From Oopsacas minuta (taxonomy: Eukaryota; Animalia; Porifera), in contig JAKMXF010000342.1 in the NCBI GenBank assembly GCA_024704765.1, positions 1 to 64,000 of the forward strand: a stretch of 64,000 nt of DNA, in the 5' to 3' direction. The notes beneath the pieces are model-generated. The model did not search any database and was not told the origin of the DNA. It was given only the letters and a program-made list of their open reading frames with translations. Shown one piece after another: positions 1 to 11,397 of the stretch (positions are counted from its first letter, which is position 1; every line of letters begins with the position of its first letter). The position numbers and the translations under genes were made by a program.

Positions 1-1529
1 TGATTTTCTTTCTAAGTTCACAAGTTCTATGAAAAAAAGGTGTGATCTGGTAATTGCCTCTGGTGGGAAAAAGATTAACTATTAGTAACATTATTGTTTG
101 GGTAATATCTATCACTTCTATACAAGAAATGTATCATCAATTTCTTTAGTAATCAATGCTAAATTGGATTATGGTTAATTTATAATTGCAAATAATTTCG
201 TGTCAGACTGTACGTGAAGGTTTCATGCCCTCATTAGAGAATACTTGATTGCCGAGTAAACAAAAGGGTAATTGTTGATTAGTAGGTGAAACGATGAAAC
301 CAAATTTCAGATAATCTATGGAGTATTGACAGAATTTTTCTTGGGGTTTTTAACCATGATTGGATATGCAAGAAAAATCGTGTCTAATTTTGAGGTAATT
401 AATGAAATAACATGGTATAATCGCTTTATATAACTTCTTTGTTAAGAAGCCGTCTGAACTGTTAATTCAGGACAAAGAAACAATACCATTGAAAGCATTG
501 ATTGATTGGAAATGGTGAATAATTAGCTCCTCTTCTGGGCAACGTATCAGAAATGTCATTATGGGCAAAGTGCACAACATAATAATGATACAATAGTATT
601 TCGCAAAATTTACAGATGTTAGGCTAAACCTTCATCCAACAGCTCATTATCTTGTCAGTGTCCGCGTTGGAAACCACTGGTTTAAATGAACTCAAACCAA
701 TTGATGTCTCTTTTGAACTCTGCTTGTTTTCTAGCAAGTGGACAATAGCAGTACCGGAATTAGGAGTGTTCGGAATGTGCGGCCGAACAGGGTCCCCACA
801 ACTCAACATCATTAAGTTTATACACACTGTATTTCTACTTTAATCACAATAAATCTTATACTAGAAACGTTTGACTTCTCTGACCTTATAAATGATTTTG
901 CGTCCAGAAAAGCACACATAGTGATATTACAGAATAATTATAGTTTTATCTTCATGTATAATTTGTGCAACTAAATAATTAGAGGTCGTGACAAGTCCTG
1001 CTATGCTGCCAGTGGGCGAAATAGGCTTTCGGCTAGGGTGGTACTACTTATAGGGCTGAATTTTACATGTGCAAAATTTGAATACAATAAACATAAGCAT
1101 TCTAAATTGAGGAATGGGGACAGGTGGGCGAATCGTGACAGCTTGGAATTGGCTCTAGTCACCTGAATTGCCTAGAAGAGGGCCTCCACATACCTAAATC
1201 CGGCACTGGACAATAGTAATAAATCTAGATTGGGTATACTATGTAGTGTTCATACTAGAATAACATTGCAGAAAAATCTCGTAATTTCATTTTGGGTTCT
1301 GCTTCCTACATTATACTTGTGAAGCTCTAATAATTGATGCGATTCGTAAATATCAACTATAGTTACCAAATACTCTACTCATACTAGGAAAATTGATGCA
1401 TTTGTAGAGTATCTATAATTATTTCTATATAGTGTCTAGAAAAAAACAATCAATATTTGACGATTGAACACGTCAATCTACTGTATATATATGAATAATG
1501 AAAACAAGCGAATTATTTGCGGCCACGGT

Positions 1530-2916
1530 TTGAGCATCCTTGAATTAGAGTCTCCAACGCTTCCTCACTGTGTTAAGACCTTTTCCGATTTGTTGGTGAC
1601 TTCCCAGCAAGGTAGTTAATCTGCTGCACCTCCACTAGGCCCTGGTTATGTTTTAGGGCTAGGAGGAATTCCTATATGGTGGGTGATGGCAGCCTGCAGT
1701 GGCATTGAAGCCGCGGTACCAAGCCTCTAAGGCGTTGGTTGTACGCGGAATTCCGAAGTGCGTAGTGAAGTGGTAGTGCCACAGATCAAAGGGGAACATC
1801 GCCGTTGTATGCTATCCAATGGCTAGCGTGCGTCTATACAAGTCCTCTTGAATTAGTCAAGTAGATCGACAATCTCGATCGTAGGCGGAAAGTCCATTGA
1901 CACCAGCTCAAACAGTTCTGAGAAGTCTATGTGTCTACTGGTCGGCGAATGCAAGGGATGGTATATTCCTGATGCCCATGACCAGCTCTTCGTCATTTGT
2001 GTAACCAGACTGCACATGCCCCAGATATTTTGTGTCAGGTGGAGGAAGCAGCACTTCACCTCTGTGATAGGCCACACATGCTCAAAGCTGTTAATTGCGC
2101 CCTTCTCGAAGTCTAGAAGTATCTGTTGAGGCTGAGCAAGACGACAGAGTAGGCGAATCTGCTCCCACATCCTCATGTTGGTATCCTTTTTCTTGTTGGG
2201 TAGTTGCACGAATAGACTCGGCAACAGATGACCGGTCTTTATAAGCTCGTATCCTCCGCGATGTACATCACAACATACACCTTTATGAAGAGGGGAGGCG
2301 CCGTCTTGAATGCGCCATTAGCTAGCCCGATCTTGCTTTGCTGTGGCTTAAGGCGGCTTCGTCGTGTCCAGAAGATCAGGAAACTATATGCATCGTCTTC
2401 CCCAGAATCATAGAGTAGAAACTGTTTACCTTTGGCTATCCACTGATATTCTGTATGTAGAACCAACTGTGCTAAAGCGGTATCGCTCTACTGGAGCTGA
2501 TGGTACACTCGTACACTGATGCTGGATCGTAGCTCCAGGCTGTGCAGCCTAGGTAGTTTAGCTGCAGTACCCTCCGATGCAGTACGCATATCATCACCGA
2601 TTATGTGGTGTGAGCTATCCTGTGTATCCCGTGTTTCTCTTGATGCTAGTCTGTATCTCACAGCCGACTGTAGCCTGCACGTTAGGTGCATTCAGATGCT
2701 CATCCATATGCTTCACTTGTCCATTCCCTTTTCTTATGAACCCTTCTTTCCCTCTCTCTACCTGCCAATGTAACAAATCTCGTCTCTCCTACCTTTCTCC
2801 CGAATTCCTCTTCACTTCTAACGGTGCAGCTACCAATTCAAGTGAACAGTGGTCGAGATGTGGTAGCTGCACCCAAACAGCACTTCCTTTATTCTATTTG
2901 TCTTATATCACATCAT
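1530..2916 (-). pseudogene. Mutator-like (MULE) transposase relic with FLYWCH-like N-terminus, interrupted at its 5' end by the DD37D element
   Basis: Minus-strand fragments read LYDSGEDD...IF, LANGAFKTAPPLF..VYVV (cf. MULE W.ADGTFK..P.LF.Q.Y.+H) and LLDFEKGAINSF..VWP...VKCCFLHLTQNIW (cf. DFE.A...A+...+P......C.FHL.Q.+WR). Many stops and frameshifts. Outer ends unresolved; weak inverted similarity between ~1010-1065 and ~4400-4460. Confidence 0.75.
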
Positions 2917-2918
2917 TA

Positions 2919-4220
2919 CAGGGTTAGGCATAAGTTCTGCAACAAGTATAAACTAGTAAATTTCTTATTTTACCATAATAGTAGTTGAAATTCGTAATGA
3001 ATTAGTGAACACACATACTAAGGATACGAAATTAATCTAGCTCTTCGAATGTATTGCCCTTTGCTGCGATACATAGGCTCAATCGCTTATAGAAATTATC
3101 GACAGCAGCACGCAATACGTCCTCACTGATTAAATCCCACTCTCTTCTCAAGGAAGACTTCAGACTTTCGACATTCTTGTGAGGCTTTGCACATACCCTG
3201 GACTCTAAGATGGACCATATACAGAAATCCATAGGGTTTAGATCTGGAGAAGAGGCCGGCCATTCTTCAGTTGATATAAATTCCGGTACATTGAGTTTCA
3301 ACCACTCAGATGTCATTTTGGCTTTGTGGGAGGGAGCGGAATCTTGCTGGAACACCCAATGCGTGCCATTGAAGTGCTCACCAGCCCAAGGCTTCAATGC
3401 ATTCTCTAAAATGCTCTCTACATACACCTCTTTGTTAATTTTCACCCCTTTGTCAATGAACACCAGTGGTCTCCGACCATCAGAGGTAATAGCTCCCCAA
3501 ACCATGACCGATGCAGGTTTTTGAGTTCTTTTGATTGTGCGTATTGATGACGATATAGACTTTTGATCTGGAGCAAGAATTCGACTGTTTTGGAGATTAT
3601 ATGCCATTTCAACGGTAAAAATCTTCTCATCGGAGAAGACAATACTCTGGTGCGTGCCACCAATGAACCTTTTTCTCAGAATCAGACATTTTTCATACCT
3701 ACACCTCTTATTCACCTCAGAAAGTAACTGTACCTCTCGAAATTTGTAGCATTTCAAGCCTAAATCCTCTTTTACTATCCTCCTCATACTTCTGGTTGAA
3801 ATATTGAAGTCTTTTTCCATGCCTTGGATGCTTCTGACAGGATTCTTCCTGACCCTCTCCCGGACGAGCTTCCTAACAGCAGGAGTACGAACAGAACGAG
3901 GTCTACCTTTTCTGAACCTGTTCTGGGTATTGCTAGTCTCCTTGTAACGTTTGATAGTACGGTAGACTATCCATCTGTTTATGGACAGTATTTTTGATAT
4001 TACGGACGCTGACTTGCCTTCATTATGATACAAGATTATTAATGACCGTTTTGCTTCTTTGTCCATAAATCAAAAAAATTTTTCTAGTAGGACTCAATAC
4101 TCTAAATATTGTTTAAAAAGATATTGAAGATAATATATGATAAATAAATATTCACCTAAAACCATTTGCAGAACCTATAGCTTAATTTAAATTTTGTTGC
4201 AGAACTTATGCCTAACCCTG
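2919..4220 (-). mobile_element. Complete Tc1/mariner-superfamily DD37D (maT) DNA transposon, 1302 bp
   Basis: Perfect 27-bp TIRs CAGGGTTAGGCATAAGTTCTGCAACAA (2919-2945 and reverse complement 4194-4220), TA on both flanks (2917-18, 4221-22), single intact transposase ORF inside. Confidence 0.97.
3032..4066 (-). CDS. Intact DD37D transposase, 344 aa
   Basis: N-terminal paired HTH with GRPR linker; catalytic motifs FSDEKIF, FQQDSAPSH and WPASSPDLNPMDFCIW, with 37 residues counted between the second and third Asp; no stops or frameshifts. Confidence 0.96.
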   Translation of the reverse strand: MDKEAKRSLIILYHNEGKSASVISKILSINRWIVYRTIKRYKETSNTQNRFRKGRPRSVRTPAVRKLVRERVRKNPVRSIQGMEKDFNISTRSMRRIVKEDLGLKCYKFREVQLLSEVNKRCRYEKCLILRKRFIGGTHQSIVFSDEKIFTVEMAYNLQNSRILAPDQKSISSSIRTIKRTQKPASVMVWGAITSDGRRPLVFIDKGVKINKEVYVESILENALKPWAGEHFNGTHWVFQQDSAPSHKAKMTSEWLKLNVPEFISTEEWPASSPDLNPMDFCIWSILESRVCAKPHKNVESLKSSLRREWDLISEDVLRAAVDNFYKRLSLCIAAKGNTFEELD

Positions 4221-4939
4221 TAGATAAATGTTTCATTAACTAAGTATATTTTTAGCAAGTTGAATATTATTACACAATTAGTGCATAATTAAACTGGGAA
4301 ACTAGATTTTATAAAGAGCTGTGGCTCGGTAAGATCTCGACAAAACTAATAAAATATCAACTTAAAACATTTCTGATTGAGAATCTGTACATTGGCTTAG
4401 ACAGGTTCGGTTTTCACCCCATAGCGTATTCGTAAACCCCAAGCGAAACTGGCTCCTATCATATACATTGGCGGGTATATATATAAAGCGCACCTTACAG
4501 TTTGAATCGTATATGGTGCCGGTTGGCTATATAAATATGTAATCAATTAACAATGTTTTTAGTCAACATGGGCAAAACCAACACAGGGCGTGCTCCTCAG
4601 CACTTAGATTATTTCCCAGTATAACCGTTGAAACCAATTTTATTGAAAAAATTTATAAACCACAACAAATGTTTACAATATGCAGTTGGTGATATGATAT
4701 TCTGAATCAACATGCTGTATTATCCTTACTCACAGTTCAAACGAAATTTTTACTGCATCATTTTGATTCAGCGAGGCCATATTACTCATATTTTACATGC
4801 TATCATATTCGAATGACGTACATGTGATTGAGGTAATTTAAAATGATATTAACGGTATGAAGCGAAGGATGCGATCGGAAATTTTACCTTTGGAATATAT
4901 TTAAGTTCATCAACATGATGATTCCATATAAAGCTAAGC

Positions 4940-5281
4940 AAGCGACGGTAGGGGGATCTGGGGTGCTTGTACCTCAAAAAACATAAATTATAATCTAAAA
5001 TATATAATTTATGGTGAAAATTCGATTTTACACATCTGAAAGCACCAGTCTAGCTATAAAAGCTAATCTCCAGGAAATCAGGATTATTTTGAAAATAACT
5101 AGTTAAATATGATTAATCACATGATAATGAATTCTGCAAAGATTTTTATCCCCATCAAAATAGTAGCATACTGTCTAATGCACTGTTCCCGGATCAATTG
5201 AATCTAGTAAGAACTTAGAATTCTCAATCTGTAAAATCTTAAGGGAGGTCATCCCCCGGCACTCCCCTGGATCCGCCCCTG
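4940..5281. mobile_element. Possible decayed hAT-type MITE
   Basis: Right end CCCCTGGATCCGCCCCTG (reverse complement CAGGGGCGGATCCAGGGG, a common hAT-MITE terminus) and a degenerate G-rich counterpart GGTAGGGGGATCTGGGGTGC at ~4947-4966. No TSD recovered. Confidence 0.35.
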
Positions 5282-5479
5282 ATTGTGTTCTTTTTTGTTA
5301 TCTGTTACTTAGTTATTTAGGAAAGTGGAATGGATAATCCGTGAGCGGGAGGAACATGATGTGAATCCTTTACCCAAGATTCCTGGATCGGAACGTACAT
5401 GGGCAGGGATTCCTCTGAGATTGCTTTCTCTTAAGGAAACATCATCGTTATAATATATTGTATCTGGTAGTTTCATACT

Positions 5480-5778
5480 CTTGTAATTAAGGCGTATTAC
5501 GTATAGTAAGTATTATAATGCATATTATACTTTCACTCTATAATTTTTAGTGACGTAATTTCCATTAGGCTGATTCTGCAATAGATATTTTACATAAAAA
5601 CAGAAGTTCTCGAATCGTTAATGAGAAATATCAGCGTAGTAGAACAAACTATATGATACTTGATAATAATGTCTCCTATTTCGAGGTTATCCTAGACGTA
5701 ATGCTACATTTAAATAGATGACGTATAACATATTCATACTTTTAATACGCATCATGAATTAAACGCGTATGATACAAC
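5480..5778. repeat. Dispersed repeat family A, copy 1 (~300 bp, MITE-like)
   Basis: Collinear similarity to 9395-9701 and 29423-29760 (shared blocks GGCTGATT..GCAATAGATATTTT.CAT, GTTCTCGAA..GTTAATGAGAAA, TTGATAATAAT, terminal ATACAAC). Confidence 0.75.
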
Positions 5779-5829
5779 TTAATATTTAATTATAAATATA
5801 TGAGCTTGAATATCAAAGTAGTTACTTAA

Positions 5830-8238
5830 ATCATCGATCGATGAGTAGTCTGCACTAAATTCATCTAACGAACAAAATCTAGATAAACAGCTGCTTCTCA
5901 GTGATTGATGTATGTATAGATTGCATGAAGCTGTCAAGTTATGTATCGCTTGTGTGATTATTACACTGTATATCAATGAAGAAAATGTATGAAATAACAT
6001 CAAAAGAAAACACAATGCCTGTAAAATATGTATAAACAAACGTAATTACGAAATCATACCCAGTGTTGCACGGTGGGTTATTGATGGCAAATAAGTTAAA
6101 AATTCGGTGTTCTCATATTGTTCTAAAAATGACTCCAATGTCTTTTGCACAACCGTAAACACAGGAATAAGAATGTATAGAGTACAATTCTGAAAATTTC
6201 AGGTAAATTTGCTTCAATATACCCAAATACTAGAACAATTTTGGGACATTCATTGGGGTTTCACAATTAAACTTCAGTCGATGCAACGGGTTCTCTCTAA
6301 GCTTACACTATGCTTTCCTAAAACATTTTTATGGTATAAATATAGATTGATAATCATAAAATCAATATCATCACTAATTTTAGCTGAAATCAAATCAAAA
6401 GATAATTCAACTTAAAATTCATATTCCTTCAAAAACTGACGGATGCTCAGACTACCTGTGGGGTAAGTGCTGAAACATATGTTGCCGTCTCGTGCCATTG
6501 CTACTAACATATTTTCCATAGTATTCAATTTCTAACAATTTTTACTCGTGTGGTCAGCATGTCATCAAATTTATAATCGATTCAAGCTGAACACAACTCC
6601 CAAAACGAAAAACTTTATACTTTTCGCATTTAAACTCCTTTCGATTAATGACTCAGTTAACACTCTAGTTTGGAGCTATAATGCTCCAAAATCTTCATTT
6701 ATGTAAGATCAGTTGTTACTTGCACAGAAAGAGTTTATTGGGAAATAAGAATATATCATGGAAAAGATTATTAATCTAAAAGCAAACAAGATTCAAAAGG
6801 AAGGATTAACTTTCTAAGAAGGTATTGTAAGAACGAAAATAGTTAGGAGTTTCCTTGTTGGGCAATGTCTGGCATATGAAGTGGACAGGAGGTGCACTTT
6901 GCCAAATATTTACAGCAATTTTCAAATATCGAAAAGACTTGGATATGGTTAGAGCTGGTTTACGTATTAATAGGAAAATTTCGGATGCAGTAGAGTTTTT
7001 TCCATTGTTAACCAAGACGAATATTTAGCCCTTCGTTCTTCCCAAAGACTTGGCATTACTCATGAGCCGATATCCGAAAATAATATCATATCTGCTTCAT
7101 CTCTACATTGCTTTACTTGCTTATTTTGATGATATATGTTACTGATATACGATTTACAGACTGGAAATTCACGTGGGCTCGTACATCGAAACAAATTATC
7201 GAATCAAGGACGTTTTGTTCAGAATTTCTATTCGAAAAAAATGAAATAGATCAGGCAACAAGAGAAGGCGAACTTCTTTTACAAGAAATGATGCTCCCCG
7301 AAGCTTTTCAAATAAGAATGCTTTTGTATTCTTTACATGCTTCAAATAACTACTGAGTTAGGAGATTATCTCACTACAATTCACAGGAATTTGTCAGCGA
7401 GAATCTGCACTTTCAACAGTTGCCAAGAGATTTAAACCGACAAGCCGAATTCCTTCCCAAAAGAGACATATGAATACATATTCTACACTTTTCAATGGGT
7501 CAACGCAACACCATCATAACATAAACCTCTCGCTCATTGCACAGAACTGATCAGCCATTGTATAATGGATGTGGACTAAAAGACTAGTCTGAAGAGGGAG
7601 TGGAATCTTGCAAAAGGCTTATTTGACGATCTCGAAACCTCTCACAAAAAAATTCCTTTATAATAACATCACGGACTTATTTATTAGACTCCTTAGGCAA
7701 AGTGAACCTCTCCTCTCAAGATATTGTCCGACATTACTAGACAAACATATTGTGAAATATATGATATTAGAATCAGAAGTGCACATCGAACAAAATACCA
7801 CTTCTAGATCAAGCAAACTTGCTGATTGTCTGCTAATCAAAATTCTTGATTATGTAGCATTAGTTTCTGTAAATCCCGCTGGTAGTGCAAACTCATATAT
7901 GTCAACTTTATTTCTGCACTAGATGCATTGAATAAGTAAAGATCTTAGATTAGAGACTACTCAAAGGTAATGATACTTTTCAATCGATTGGTACCGGTAA
8001 AAAACCTAAAATAGAAAATGACAATTTATATCACGATGACATCATATCTTACAAATTTGAAACAGTACCTGATGCTATTGTGGATATCAATTTTTTCGGC
8101 CAAGAAATTCATACACATTTAATACATGCAATGAATCTCACTGCCTTAAAATACCTATTTCTCATGGATGCCCAAAATAATCCACTGTGTAATGATGATT
8201 TTATGAAACAGGCGACACATTCCTTAGATTTCATTTAG
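5830..8238 (+). pseudogene. Possible decayed coding sequence of unknown origin (clustered plus-strand ORFs)
   Basis: Adjacent stop-free plus-strand runs at 6209-6415, ~6850-7029, 7108-7356, 7593-7922 and 7954-8238, with protein-like composition and no recognisable transposase or RT motif. Confidence 0.35.
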
Positions 8239-9394
8239 GTAGCAAATAGTACCTATAATACAATAAATTCAATTAAACTAGCTAAATTCAAAATGCAAAT
8301 TTTACTGAAAGAATATTAAATCATTGTATAAACTTGAGAAAGATATGCTATAGATATTTAAAGATGAGATGTGATAAATATTGCCAGGAATGAATTGTTT
8401 AGGATGAATCATCATCAATCAAAACATGTCGACACAAAAGTCTGGCCTAATTGTATGTCTTGCTGCGATGCCCAACAGTGACAAGTTACAGTAGGTCATT
8501 GTCTTTAAAGCAAGCGTAGTGATAAAGAAACTGATAAGTTGTGTGATGTCGTATGAGTGATGAGGTAAAATGGTTAGATGGATGATACTTTGACGCTACT
8601 ATGCTTAAATATATGGGAAATGTTATCATTTGGGCATAGATAACTTGTGTGGGAGAGTTATAGGTGTCACTTACAAGAAATACTAAAAGCTAGGTAACTG
8701 GCACAACAGAAATTGCAGTGATAATTGGTGTCCTATAGCAGAGATTTGTATAAATCATTTCGATGACGTTATTCATCAAATTAATGATTTTTGACTTATT
8801 CTTCCCTTAAATTCCTTTTTGTTCTTTCATATCTCATAATTCGATGATTATATTAGGAGTGATTCATTACTTGATCAATTAAGATCAATAATACTTTGAC
8901 ATTCTACTGCGCCAACAATTCAATAATATGGTTGATGGCATCGATCTCCGAAGTGAGCTTACAAGTTCAAAGATATTTCTCAGAATCTCGATTTGATACA
9001 ATGGCGTATTTGGCTAGGTTCTGGGTTTCTTCAGTATTAATCTAATGCTTCCATGTCTCTGATTCTTACCATTATATTTGATTATTAGCTTCTTGGAATG
9101 AGGGCAGATTGGGCCACTTGGACGCCGGTGAGATGCACGGTGGGCCAGTGATAATATAGTAGAATTTAATGCACAATAAATACCAATTAGTGTTGCTCTC
9201 CCCGGATCTATAAATCACGAACTATAATCGACCTCCTGTTTACCTATTCTTTATAATTTCTGAACAAATTGTCAGTGATAGAGGTGTCTTCGAATTTAAA
9301 TTTATATACTAACAGTTTCTCAGTTTACAAGGAGGAAATATCGTGAAATCAAATATAGAAGGTTAGAAAATCATCAATACATATTTGATTATAA

Positions 9395-9701
9395 GTTGTT
9401 TAATAAGTCTGTCAAGAAGACTTATTACGTATAATACGTGGTATAAGTTCAGTCTATAATTTTGCTGACATAATTCCTATTAGCCTGATTTCCACAATAA
9501 ATATTTTGCATAGAAACAGTGGTCCTCGAATTCTCTATGAGCAAAGTATATAATACTTAATAATAATGTGACTCATACAAGTATAATAATGTTAAATTTC
9601 ATATTTCGAAGTTAAGATGTACGTAAAATACTTTCAAATAGATCATGCATAACGTATTATGCGTTTATTACGTATGATACCTTATACGCGTATTATACAA
9701 C
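9395..9701. repeat. Dispersed repeat family A, copy 2
   Basis: Ends GTTGTTTAATAAG / CGTATTATACAAC form an imperfect ~13-bp TIR; ATAA flanks both sides (9391-94, 9702-05); homologous to copies 1 and 3. Confidence 0.75.
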
Positions 9702-9759
9702 ATAAATGTGACTAACTATAAAAATGAGAATAATCTGAAATATACTATCTATATATTTA

Positions 9760-11072
9760 CAGGGTTGGGCATAAGTTCTGCTACAATATTATAATCCAGC
9801 CAAAAATTATTCCATTAGTTATTTGTATCTGTCATTTAGCTCTAACTTTGTTATAATATATATTTTTCACTCTTTCCATGAAATTTTATATTATCTTAGC
9901 CTTTTGAAGCGATAATTGGTCATGGAGCAAGAGAGGTCGAAAATCATTGAATTATTTCAAGCAGGAAAAAATCCTTCAGAAATCTTCAATCTTCTGAAAT
10001 TCCCTAATAGCAGAAGGAAGTTCATTACTCGAACTATTGAGCGATATGAAGTGACTGGCGGGATTACTGATAAACCAAGATCTGGCCGTCCACGGTCTGT
10101 AACGACACAAAGGCTTAAAAAAGTAGTACGTCAACGAATTCGCCGAAATCCCCGCCGGTCAATGAGCAAAATGGCCAAAGAACCAAGAGTTTCACGTAGA
10201 TCAATCGGATGAGTTGTTAAAAATGACTTGCATATGCGCTCTTTCAAGAGAAAGAGAGTCCATCACATCACGACCCTAGTGAAGGCAAAAAGAGCATCGA
10301 GAAGAAAGGGACTTCTTAAGAGGCACGCGATCCATGGTCTCAATTCATTCCTGTTCTCAGATGAGAAATTATTCACCATTGAGGAAGCAACGAACCCTCA
10401 AAATGATCGCATTATCTCATCCTCAATTTCTTCTATCCCAGAAGAACTTCGATATGTCAGCCGTATACAAAAGCCACTTTCAGTCATGGTTTGGGCGGGA
10501 ATATCATCAATTGGCCGGACACCACTCATATTCGTGCCTGCTGGCGTAAAAATCGACACCCGAACCTACCGTGAGCTTATTTTAGAACCTGTAATACAAG
10601 AGCTCTCTAAAACTATGTTTTCTGGGAAACCTTTCGTGTTCCAACAAGATGGTGCTCCAGCCCACACATCGAATGCCACTCAGGCCTGGCTTCGAAGCAA
10701 TAATCCAGATTTTATTCAAAAGGAAGAATGGCCACCATACAGCCCCGATTTAAATCCAATGGATTATTCTATCTGGTCCATTTTGGAAACGAGGGCATGT
10801 TTGAAGTCTCACACCAATATAGACTCTCTGAAAAAGTCTTTGTGTCGAGAATGGGAGAGAATACCCCAAGAAATACTCCGTGCCGCTGTAGAGGCCTTCC
10901 CTAAGAGACTAAAGGCTGTAATTGAAAGAAAAGGAGGATACATCGAATAATTAACGTATCTGCGAATCTATATACTATATTTAGTAGTACATACCGAATT
11001 TCAACATAATACAATATATCAATCGGAAAATATAGTTATTTAAAAATGTGGCAGAACTTATGCCCAACCCTG
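9760..11072 (+). mobile_element. Full-length DD37D (maT) transposon, 1313 bp, second family
   Basis: TIRs CAGGGTTGGGCATAAGTTCTGC (22 bp perfect, ~26 bp with one mismatch) at 9760 and ending 11072; TA on both flanks. Confidence 0.95.
9916..10950 (+). pseudogene. DD37D transposase with one in-frame TGA (10210-10212)
   Basis: ORFs 9916-10212 and 10228-10950 are in the same frame (SIG*VVKNDLHM). Motifs SGRPR, FSDEKLF, FQQDGAPAH, WPPYSPDLNPMDYSIW. Confidence 0.93.
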
Positions 11073-11303
11073 TATTGTGAAGGATGATAGCATTCCAAAT
11101 TTTCACTAATGAGGATTTTCGTTGAATGATGGAACTGGAATTGAGTAGCGTTATAATGATTTGCATAAGTGAGAGGGCATCTAAATTTCGATTTTGTTGA
11201 CCTTATCTCTGAAAATAAGCTTAACAAACATAGCTACCTCCGAAAAAGATGACCTTAGAATGTGACATTGGAATGGTGGGTTGTATCAACAATGAAGAAA
11301 CAC

Positions 11304-11397
11304 ATTTGTAATTTCAGTGAATTGAAAGCTACAAAGTGCTTTTAATGCAAAAGCCTTTAAAAATACTGACACCTATCAATTCACTGAAATTACAAAT
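11304..11397. repeat. Perfect 22-bp inverted repeat with 50-bp spacer
   Basis: ATTTGTAATTTCAGTGAATTGA (11304-11325) and its exact reverse complement (11376-11397). Confidence 0.85.

Noticed and set aside
624-843. Overlapping ORFs 624-827 (-) and 652-843 (+) as host exons
   Set aside because: No recognisable domain; the surrounding sequence looks like decayed retroelement; ORFs this short are expected by chance.
10210-10212. Programmed readthrough of the single TGA in the second DD37D transposase
   Set aside because: The aligned position is Arg in the intact paralogue (MRRIVKEDL); a CGA>TGA mutation is simpler, and no readthrough context was recognised.
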